24,506 nt of DNA from a virus (IMGVR_UViG_3300036942_000168:1-24506), one strand, 5' to 3'. Shown: positions 18,678 through 24,506, counted from the stretch's first letter. The notes: generated by a model from the sequence alone, not told the origin. Program-made: numbers and translations.

Positions 18678-18754
18678 TGGTCGGGGCGGAGGGATTCGAA
18701 CCCCCGGCATCCTGCTCCCAAAGCAGGCGCGCTACCTGACTGCGCCACGCCCCG
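18678..18754 (-). tRNA. tRNA-Pro (anticodon UGG)
   Basis: 77-nt canonical cloverleaf CGGGGCG...CGCCCCG-A-CCA. Anticodon arm CCTGC-TTTGGGA-GCAGG, T loop TTCGAAT. Confidence 0.95.
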
Positions 18755-18762
18755 GTTGTTAT

Positions 18763-19167
18763 CTACCCCGCCATCCTCAGCACTTCGAGCTCCCGCACCT
18801 CGACCAGGGCATAGCCGCCCTTGACCACGGCCCCACGCACAACGCGCAGGTCGTCAATCTGGGAGTCGTCTCCCCAAAGTCCGGCGTGCGTCAGCGCGTC
18901 GAGCAGGCCCTTGTTGAAATTGTCCAGGTCGCGCTTGCGGCGGTCAGGCGGGCACAGCGTGACTTTCACGGCCAGCCGCCCACCCAGGAGCGTGTTGGTC
19001 AGGTGGACCACACAGCACTCGCCCACGACCTGGTCGCGGTACGCCCGACCCCTTTCGCTGATGAGCGTGCGAACGCCCTTGCCCATGCGGATGGACCGGT
19101 AATACTGGTTCGTGCTGGGCGGGAATGGCAGTTTGATCGTGATTGCCAAATTTCCGTTTTGAGGCAT
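18763..19167 (-). CDS. rusA: RusA-family Holliday junction resolvase
   Basis: 134 aa. LPFPPS.N.YYR, PPDRRKRDLDN..K.LLDAL and DDSQID motifs. Confidence 0.95.
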   Translation of the reverse strand: MPQNGNLAITIKLPFPPSTNQYYRSIRMGKGVRTLISERGRAYRDQVVGECCVVHLTNTLLGGRLAVKVTLCPPDRRKRDLDNFNKGLLDALTHAGLWGDDSQIDDLRVVRGAVVKGGYALVEVRELEVLRMAG

Positions 19168-19254
19168 TTTCTAGACTCCCTGGCTATGACGATGCGTTTT
19201 CGTCGCGAAAACCATTTCTAGGCAAACGTAGGTGGCAAAACAGGCTATTTGCGC

Positions 19255-19449
19255 CTACTTGCCGTACCCCTTCCTTCGCCAATGCTCGCGGACCTTCTCG
19301 ATCCACGGGCACTCGGCCATGTTGCGGATCTTTCTCGGGGTGTCGCCGCGCTTACGCTCCCAGCAAACCCGGCCGAAACACAGGTCATCGCCGGGAGCCA
19401 GGCACGGCAACCTGTCGCGAAATTCTTTCGTGTCGCAGGGTTTGGGCAT
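19255..19449 (-). CDS. Small Cys-containing hypothetical protein
   Basis: 64 aa. ATG abuts the upstream TAG, GGAG SD. Confidence 0.6.
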   Translation of the reverse strand: MPKPCDTKEFRDRLPCLAPGDDLCFGRVCWERKRGDTPRKIRNMAECPWIEKVREHWRRKGYGK

Positions 19450-19653
19450 CTAGTCGCGCTCCATGGGCTCATACTCGTAGTCAAAGCAGACCTGGCCGTT
19501 TTCCAGGTACGGGCCTTTGGTCTTGCGGTAGATCATCGAATGGGCAAACTGCGCGTTGTGCGCCTTGATCTCGAGCCCGAGCGCCTTGATGAGTCTGGAC
19601 ATCTTGCGGGGCTTGCCGCAGCGGGCCGTGAAGATTCCGTATCTGGACATCAC
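19450..19653 (-). CDS. Hypothetical protein
   Basis: 66-67 aa. GGAG SD and GTGATG start overlapping the upstream stop. Confidence 0.6.
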   Translation of the reverse strand: MMSRYGIFTARCGKPRKMSRLIKALGLEIKAHNAQFAHSMIYRKTKGPYLENGQVCFDYEYEPMERD

Positions 19654-19937
19654 AGTTTCTCCGCTTGGCGGCGGATTTCTCCAGCCTTAAGGCAATACAG
19701 CAAACTCCTCGACACGAACCTGGTTCGCCTAATATCGCCCTGCATTTGAATCCCCATGTTCATCAACGCCCAGGCCGCCCGCTGGTACCGGTAAGCCTTC
19801 TCCAGCAGCAGGACGCGGCGGGCCTGGGTGGTGTCCAGAACTCCATAATGGTGGCTTAGAACAACTTTTGCCTCTTCACGTATTTTGCTCACTTCTCGTC
19901 TCCTTTTCGCGTATTGGTCGGGTTCAGCATTGCTCAA
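19650..19937 (-). CDS. Hypothetical basic protein
   Basis: 95 aa ORF filling the operon gap. TTG start with no clear SD, so the start is uncertain. Confidence 0.4.
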   Translation of the reverse strand: MSNAEPDQYAKRRREVSKIREEAKVVLSHHYGVLDTTQARRVLLLEKAYRYQRAAWALMNMGIQMQGDIRRTRFVSRSLLYCLKAGEIRRQAEKL

Positions 19938-19941
19938 CAGG

Positions 19942-20559
19942 CTATGCGGCCGACAACTTCTTCTTGTCGTTCAGAGCATCGACGATGCCCGCCACGGCCT
20001 TCTGCCCTTCGTGGTTGCCTTCCAGAGCCAGGTACTTCTGATCGCCGACGAGTTCGATGCGAGCCCCGGTTCCGATGCCTCGCATCTCCTTCGTGCTCTC
20101 GACTCCGGCCGCCTTGAACTGCGTGTAGCGCTCGACGAAATCGCGGATGAACCATTTCACGTCCTCGTCCCTGGTACGGCACACGTTCAGCCACCCGCCG
20201 AATCCCTGACGGACTACGGCGTTGGTCACCGGGTCCAGGAAGCGGACGTTGGCGTAAACGCCATACCGCCGGATCGCGAGAAGCACGGCATCTGCCTCAA
20301 GGGCCGCTTCCACCTTGGCGTCTTCCTGGCTGCCCTCGATGAATTCCAGCAGCTCCACGGGCTTTGGGAAAAAGCGGAGTTTGGTGGCCGCCTGCCGAAA
20401 AGCCTTGAGCACGGATCCGATGTCGTGCTCCGCCATGGTCGAGTGGTAGAGCCTGGTCAGCGCCTTGGAGGCGTCCCGGTTGTGCAGTTCGGCCAATGCC
20501 CTGAACGCTGTTAGGAAGCGGGCCCGCTCCTGTTCGTTGTCCCAATCCATACCGGTCAC
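19942..20559 (-). CDS. Replication accessory / helicase-loader-like protein (DUF6475-like)
   Basis: 205 aa coupled (GTGA) to the initiator. FFPKP.EL, F.DPV...V...GGW...C and F.RDF..RY patterns. Lambda P-equivalent position. Confidence 0.7.
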   Translation of the reverse strand: MTGMDWDNEQERARFLTAFRALAELHNRDASKALTRLYHSTMAEHDIGSVLKAFRQAATKLRFFPKPVELLEFIEGSQEDAKVEAALEADAVLLAIRRYGVYANVRFLDPVTNAVVRQGFGGWLNVCRTRDEDVKWFIRDFVERYTQFKAAGVESTKEMRGIGTGARIELVGDQKYLALEGNHEGQKAVAGIVDALNDKKKLSAA

Positions 20560-21419
20560 TCCTCCATGAGTTCTCTGAAAACGCGGTCGTTGTGTTCGCG
20601 CACGGCCTGCCCACGCAGGGAGTAGCCGCCTGTCCTCGTTTGGTTATGCTCCGGGCGCTTGAACGGCTTGTTCCGCCAGGCCCTGGTCTTGATGCACTTG
20701 GTAAAGCTGGGGGCGAACCCTTCTTTCCACTGGTCGTCGGTTTGCGAGAGTTCGATTATCCGGTCACGGACGATGGGGATGTCCTCGACGAGCATGCCGC
20801 GGTCTTCCATGTCGCACCAGGCACACCATGCTTCGTCTTCGTTCACCGGTCCGCAGGTGTAGACCTCCAGACACGACTTGAAGACTCGGTGGGACGGTCG
20901 TCCTTTGGACGGGTATGGGGTCTTCTTTGGCCCTTGGCTTTCTGAGGGAGAACTTTCGTTTTCGGGGCTGTCGTCGGTTTGGGGATCAACGCGCGCGCAC
21001 GCGCCCTCTCTCTCTCTCTTCTTCTTACTATCTGTATCTGTATCTGTAAGAAGGCTCCGGAGTGGCTCCGGAGTAACTCCTGATTTTTTGGACACCTTCT
21101 TTGACCATTCGTCACGGTATTTAAGCAAGTTAGGGCAATCAATCGACATCGACTTTTCAAAAAATTCCACTGAAAAAATTTCAAATTCCGAGCAAAATTC
21201 GGCGAATTTTCGCAGTTTTTTGGGCGAAAACCCGTAGAATTTCCGCCAAATTGCGATCGGATATTCGACAAAAGTCTTGTCTGAACCCGGTTCCATTTGC
21301 TTGGCGATGATCTCCAAAGTGAGCCAGTAGAAGCCGTATCCTTCCAAGCCGAACTCAGCTTGCAGGAGAGCCAATTTCTCGTCGTCGTGAGACGCCGTCA
21401 TATGCCTGAACCACTTCAT
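20556..21419 (-). CDS. Phage replication initiator (DUF4373/Lin1244-like N-terminus)
   Basis: 287 aa. MKWF.H.....DD.KL..L..EFGLEGYG.YW..LE.IA N-terminus, DTDTDS linker, lambda O-equivalent position. Confidence 0.8.
   Translation of the reverse strand: MKWFRHMTASHDDEKLALLQAEFGLEGYGFYWLTLEIIAKQMEPGSDKTFVEYPIAIWRKFYGFSPKKLRKFAEFCSEFEIFSVEFFEKSMSIDCPNLLKYRDEWSKKVSKKSGVTPEPLRSLLTDTDTDSKKKREREGACARVDPQTDDSPENESSPSESQGPKKTPYPSKGRPSHRVFKSCLEVYTCGPVNEDEAWCAWCDMEDRGMLVEDIPIVRDRIIELSQTDDQWKEGFAPSFTKCIKTRAWRNKPFKRPEHNQTRTGGYSLRGQAVREHNDRVFRELMEE
21006..21085. repeat. Candidate replication origin: iterons and simple repeats inside the initiator gene
   Basis: GGCTCCGGAGT x2 plus AACTCCTGATT at 11-bp period (21053-21085), (TATCTG)x3 at 21029-21046 and a (CT)n run. 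An AT-rich tract lies at about 21120-21260. Confidence 0.55.
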
Positions 21420-21427
21420 AGCTACAG

Positions 21428-21679
21428 CTACGCCACCTCTTCCAGCGGCAACGGTGCCTGCCCGGCCCTGAGTGCCTTGTTTTGGTTCCTGAGTATCTGC
21501 ATCTGCGTTCCCATCAGCTTGATTTTGTCCTGTGCCTGTTCGAGCCGCGCCCGTGTTTCGGCCAGTTCTTGTCGGACGCGCAGGGACTCATTCAGGAGCA
21601 TTTCGTACCGCTCCTTCCACCGCGTTCTGGGCGGTATCTCGAGTCCGTGCGCGTCCCTGGCCATGGGTTTTCCCGTCAA
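21428..21679 (-). CDS. Small coiled-coil hypothetical protein
   Basis: About 80 aa between cII and the initiator. The start may be the ATG of MARD. Confidence 0.6.
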   Translation of the reverse strand: MTGKPMARDAHGLEIPPRTRWKERYEMLLNESLRVRQELAETRARLEQAQDKIKLMGTQMQILRNQNKALRAGQAPLPLEEVA

Positions 21680-22110
21680 CCAGCCTTGCGGAACATTTCC
21701 CGCCGGTAGATCACAAAATTCTCTTCCAACTCGGCCTTGGCCTGCTCCAGGAGCTCCATAACGCGCTCTATGCCGAGTTCGCCTTCGAGCATTGCCTTGT
21801 GATAGGCGGCCACGGCCTGGAGATCGTCGTTCAGCTCTTCGGCCAGGGTAGACTTGTCCGGCTCAACGCCTTTGAGGGGGCACAGCGTGTAGCCCATGAG
21901 CGCGGCCAGATGCCGGACCGGTGACGCATCGCCGCAGGCTTTCATGATGGGACCGATGTGGTCCGCTCCGATCTTGCATGACTCGTCGTCCGGGTTCAGT
22001 TCGCGCAGTAGGGTCGAATACGCCTTGCCCAGTTCCTGGGCCACGGCCTTGGCCGGAACGCCGGAATTGAAAACGGCATCGCGGATGATTTCGGTGAGGG
22101 TTATAGCCAT
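21676..22110 (-). CDS. Phage regulatory CII-family protein (CP76-like)
   Basis: 144 aa. K.VA.ELGK.YSTL.RELNP.D...K.G motif, GGAGG SD, downstream of cro. Confidence 0.85.
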   Translation of the reverse strand: MAITLTEIIRDAVFNSGVPAKAVAQELGKAYSTLLRELNPDDESCKIGADHIGPIMKACGDASPVRHLAALMGYTLCPLKGVEPDKSTLAEELNDDLQAVAAYHKAMLEGELGIERVMELLEQAKAELEENFVIYRREMFRKAG

Positions 22111-22170
22111 TTAGCGTTTTCCTCCGCTGAAATAGTTGTTTTGGGTGTGGAAACGGCATTCTCTGGGATT

Positions 22171-22440
22171 ATGGACGCAAAATTGAATATCCATTTCAAG
22201 CGGCAGGCGGACGGGTCGGTGTTGGTCACGGCGGTCATGACCGAGACAGGCACCAGCAAGCCGGGGTTCTACAGGGTGAGGCTCGCCCCGGACGCGGACC
22301 CGCTCGCGGTCTACAACGAAGTGGCGGCCCAGGCGATCAGCTACATCCTGGGGAAGAGAGCCATGCCCGAAAACACCCCGACAGAGGACGGCGCGAGGAA
22401 AGGAACACTGATTCAGTTCCAGGGAGCGTTGCCGACTTGA
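22171..22440 (+). CDS. Hypothetical protein antisense between cro and cII
   Basis: 89 aa from ATG 22171. Nearly all codons end in G/C in this frame and the composition is globular. Weak SD. Confidence 0.5.
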   Translation: MDAKLNIHFKRQADGSVLVTAVMTETGTSKPGFYRVRLAPDADPLAVYNEVAAQAISYILGKRAMPENTPTEDGARKGTLIQFQGALPT

Positions 22441-22442
22441 TG

Positions 22443-22670
22443 TCATGCGGCCTCTTTGGGCTCCCCGCCCGGGCGCTTGTCCCCGTAGATGAAAGGCCAG
22501 AGCTTTTCGATGTTGATACCTGAAAGCCCAGAAGACCCGTCGCAGAACCGCCAGAGGGAGGCTTGGTCAACACCAGATTCTTTGGCCAGGCGGGTGACTG
22601 TCCAACTAGGTGTAGCCGCCGCCTCGCGAACGGCTTGCCGAAACGATTTGATGGAAAAATTGTTTTTCAT
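22443..22670 (-). CDS. cro: Cro-like HTH repressor
   Basis: 75 aa from ATG 22670. TVTRLAKESGVDQASLWRF HTH, divergent from cI. Confidence 0.85.
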   Translation of the reverse strand: MKNNFSIKSFRQAVREAAATPSWTVTRLAKESGVDQASLWRFCDGSSGLSGINIEKLWPFIYGDKRPGGEPKEAA

Positions 22671-22676
22671 GGACAC

Positions 22677-22726
22677 ATTGTATGAGATTGCTCAGATTAA
22701 ATCAACACAGAGTTGAGCTGTCTCAA
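22677..22726 (-). promoter_or_regulatory. PR promoter with two operators (OR)
   Basis: -35 TTGATT (22700-22705), 17-nt spacer, -10 TACAAT (22677-22682). TGAG-N4-CTCA palindromes at 22683-22694 and 22714-22725. Confidence 0.8.
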
Positions 22727-22750
22727 GTTGACCTCCCATAAGGTGATGGT

Positions 22751-23491
22751 ATGAGTAAAAACATGGGATTCAGAGAAGATTTCAAAACCATGGTCCTGAC
22801 GGCTATAAAAGGCCACGACAACCCCACGGCTTTCGCCAAGGCATGCGGGATTGACTCGGCCTCGATGTCAAAATTCTTGAATGGCAAGCAGGCCGGTGTT
22901 GGTTTTGAAAATGTCGCCAAGGTGTTCGACTACTTAGGGGTGTCCGCAAAGATGGACAGATCCGCGACAAAGGAAGTCTGCTTTGTCGCCCCCAAGCGTC
23001 TGAGCGTAGAAAACAGGGACGCCCCAATCCCAGAAGACTACATCGCTGTGCCCCTGGCCGAGGGTGAAGTCGCCGCTGGCCGTGGTATGATTCCACAGGA
23101 TGAAATACAATCCTGGGTCCTAGTCTGGAAAAACCATGATGCCGTGCGCTTCCGCACCAACCTCATTGCCGTGGAGATCGGCAAGGGGCAAAATTCCATG
23201 GTCCCCACCCTGCACCCTCAAGATATCCTTCTGGTGGACCGGGACGACTTCCGGGATCGCTTCACCCCGCCCGGCAACATCTTTCTAGTCCGTGAGCCGG
23301 ATTCATCCGTCACCGTCAAGCGCGTCACCGTCAAGCCACGCAACGGCGACATGATGATCACCTACTATTCGGACAATGCTGTCGAACACCCGCCCATGAG
23401 CTGGTCCCTGACCGAGGATTACGACGGTGATATTGCAAAAGCCATCATCGGCCGTGTCGTTTGGGCATGGTCTGATATGAGCCGGAAATAA
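22751..23491 (+). CDS. cI: CI-like repressor, XRE HTH plus S24 peptidase
   Basis: 246 aa. N-terminal HTH, VAAG cleavage site, SM.PTL catalytic Ser, VKRV Lys, SDN and IIGRVVW motifs. SD AAGGTGA. Confidence 0.95.
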   Translation: MSKNMGFREDFKTMVLTAIKGHDNPTAFAKACGIDSASMSKFLNGKQAGVGFENVAKVFDYLGVSAKMDRSATKEVCFVAPKRLSVENRDAPIPEDYIAVPLAEGEVAAGRGMIPQDEIQSWVLVWKNHDAVRFRTNLIAVEIGKGQNSMVPTLHPQDILLVDRDDFRDRFTPPGNIFLVREPDSSVTVKRVTVKPRNGDMMITYYSDNAVEHPPMSWSLTEDYDGDIAKAIIGRVVWAWSDMSRK

Positions 23492-23508
23492 CCGCACCCC
23501 ACAGCTTC

Positions 23509-23530
23509 GCTGCGCTGGCAGCTTTTTTTT
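23509..23530 (+). terminator. Intrinsic terminator after cI
   Basis: GCTGC-GCTG-GCAGC hairpin followed by T8. Confidence 0.7.
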
Positions 23531-23541
23531 GCTCCATTATG

Positions 23542-23591
23542 TGAGATTTCTCATTTTACCTCTTGACTGTATTTGAGTAATCTCATATTCT
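23542..23591 (+). promoter_or_regulatory. PL promoter with two operators (OL)
   Basis: -35 TTGACT (23563-23568), 17-nt spacer, -10 TATTCT (23586-23591). TGAG-N4-CTCA at 23542-23553 and 23574-23585. Confidence 0.8.
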
Positions 23592-23750
23592 GACTTCAAC
23601 ACGACGCCACAAGACACCCCGGAACAGCCTGCGCCAAGGGCCAGCGAGTACGGGGAGCGAGGGGCGGAGTGAACGCCGGAAGGCCACAACAGTAAATCCG
23701 CCGGGCAGTGCCAAGGGGCAGCACCGGAGAGACGGAGAAACCACGGGAGG

Positions 23751-23779
23751 CCTGGCGAGGAAACAGGGTTCTTTGAAAC
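23751..23779 (+). promoter_or_regulatory. boxB-like hairpin plus boxA-like antitermination site
   Basis: CCTG-GCGAGGAAA-CAGG hairpin directly followed by GTTCTTTGAAAC, which resembles rrn/nut boxA. Confidence 0.45.
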
Positions 23780-23869
23780 GGAGGGTAGCGCTCAAGGGAG
23801 CAAACCGGTCCTGAAAACCGGGCCATCGGTGAAGAGCCGATGGGGGTTCGATTCCTCTACTCTCCTCCA
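23780..23869 (+). tRNA. Non-canonical tRNA-Ser (anticodon UGA), 8/4-type fold
   Basis: 90 nt. Acceptor GGAGGGTA/TACTCTCC, D arm GCTC-AAGG-GAGC, anticodon arm CCGGT-CCTGAAA-ACCGG, long variable arm CATCGG/CCGATG, T arm GGGG-TTCGATT-CCTC, U73-CCA. Confidence 0.85.
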
Positions 23870-23883
23870 ATCGGTGTTTTGAA

Positions 23884-24004
23884 GGAAGGCGACCATGGTG
23901 AAGCACAGGCATGTTCAATTCATGCGGTGGGGTGGCCCCCTGACAGAATGGCGCGTCTGATCGACGAGGCGGTTCGAGTCCGCATCCGCGCCCGCCTTCC
24001 CCCA
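23884..24004 (+). ncRNA. tRNA-like structured RNA with two T-loop hairpins and a CCA end
   Basis: Perfect 8-bp terminal stem GGAAGGCG/CGCCTTCC plus CCCA. T-hairpins GCATG-TTCAATT-CATGC and GCGG-TTCGAGT-CCGC. No standard anticodon arm. Confidence 0.55.
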
Positions 24005-24146
24005 AAGCACCGAAGGACAGAAGTTCGAAGGTCGGTGCCTCCTGCGGTCTGGGTGGTCCAGGCCGTTGGAACAGTCCCTCGGAGGGGCGGCGCTTTTAGA
24101 GGTTTATCTCCGCGCCGCCCGGAAACAAACGAATGGAGAAACGGAA

Positions 24147-24506
24147 ATGAAGGCAATACTCGACGGAAGCCATCTGGTTATTGACGGCGAGCGTTTTGAT
24201 TTGGGCGGCTCTCTGTACCTGCGCGGCACCGGCATCACCTCGCTGCCCGATAACCTGACCGTGGGCGGATATCTGTACCTGCGCGGCACCGGCATCACCT
24301 CGCTGCCCGATAACCTGACCGTGGGCGGCTCTCTGGACCTGCGCGGCACCGGCATCACCTCGCTGCCCGATAACCTGACCGTGGGCGGCTCTCTGTACCT
24401 GCGCGGCACCGGCATCACCTCGCTGCCCGATAACCTGACCGTGGGCGGATATCTGGACCTGGAAGGCACCGGCATCACCTCGCTGCCCGACAACCTGACC
24501 GTGGGC
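24147..24506 (+). CDS. Partial leucine-rich-repeat protein with 20-aa repeats
   Basis: Not in the ORF track. GGAG SD, then MKAILDGSHLVIDGERFDL followed by GG[S/Y]L[Y/D]L[R/E]GTGITSLPDNLTV x5. Open to the window edge. Confidence 0.9.
   Translation, partial: MKAILDGSHLVIDGERFDLGGSLYLRGTGITSLPDNLTVGGYLYLRGTGITSLPDNLTVGGSLDLRGTGITSLPDNLTVGGSLYLRGTGITSLPDNLTVGGYLDLEGTGITSLPDNLTVG
24202..24506 (+). repeat. 60-bp tandem repeat, at least 5 units, coding the LRR
   Basis: Near-identical 60-nt units with no spacers. Differences lie at three amino-acid codons, a linked synonymous ggc/gga change and one silent gat/gac change. Confidence 0.95.

Noticed and set aside
18668-18748. N-terminal extension of the 104-aa ORF (MAQSGSAPALGAG...)
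   Set aside because: This is the tRNA-Pro sequence translated. The real start is GTG 18667.
18678-18754. tRNA-Pro as a prophage attachment site
   Set aside because: It is internal to a phage operon, with no integrase or duplicated 3' end in the window.
149-21924. Long plus-strand ORFs (for example 8379-9788, 12096-13346, 14514-15695, 3903-4901)
   Set aside because: They are antisense shadows of motif-bearing minus-strand genes, as expected in high-GC DNA.
23780-23869. Selenocysteine or opal-suppressor tRNA, or tRNA-Phe by shifted register
   Set aside because: The anticodon is UGA (reads UCA, Ser), not UCA. A GAA register breaks the anticodon stem.
23583-24184. ORFs across the PL leader (140, 76, 114 and 78 aa)
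   Set aside because: They overlap the tRNA and structured RNA, have R/P/G-rich shadow composition and lack good SD-start pairs.
24104-24493. 129-aa minus-strand repeat ORF
   Set aside because: It is the antisense shadow of the LRR gene, which has an SD and the PL orientation.
24202-24506. CRISPR array
   Set aside because: Units are contiguous 60-nt repeats without unique spacers and read in frame as LRRs. No cas genes are present.
1-24506. Stop-codon reassignment
   Set aside because: All core genes are full length in the standard code, and TAG, TGA and TAA all terminate genes at sensible boundaries.

Overview
The whole window is part of a temperate, podovirus-like (pro)phage in lambdoid layout. 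The host is probably Desulfovibrionaceae; this is inferred from high GC and recalled resemblance of the repressor and small genes, not from a search. On the minus strand, reading right to left: cro, cII-like, replication initiator and helicase-loader-like gene, small genes, rusA, tRNA-Pro(UGG), MazG-like gene, Zn-finger protein, small HTH protein, lysis cassette, terminase, portal, scaffold, major capsid, adaptor, tail hub, ejection proteins and tail fibre. On the plus strand: an S24 cI repressor, a lipoprotein moron among the ejection genes, an antisense ORF between cro and cII, and the start of the PL operon. Four TGAG-N4-CTCA operators sit at the PR and PL promoters. The most unusual part is the ~550-nt non-coding PL leader. 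It holds stacked hairpins, a boxA-like site, a non-canonical 8/4-type tRNA-Ser(UGA) with C33, and a 121-nt CCA-ended RNA with two T-loops. The first PL gene is a 20-aa-repeat LRR protein with variation confined to three residues per repeat. No N- or Q-like antiterminator is recognisable. Late genes appear instead to use three 10-bp direct repeats next to a small HTH gene.
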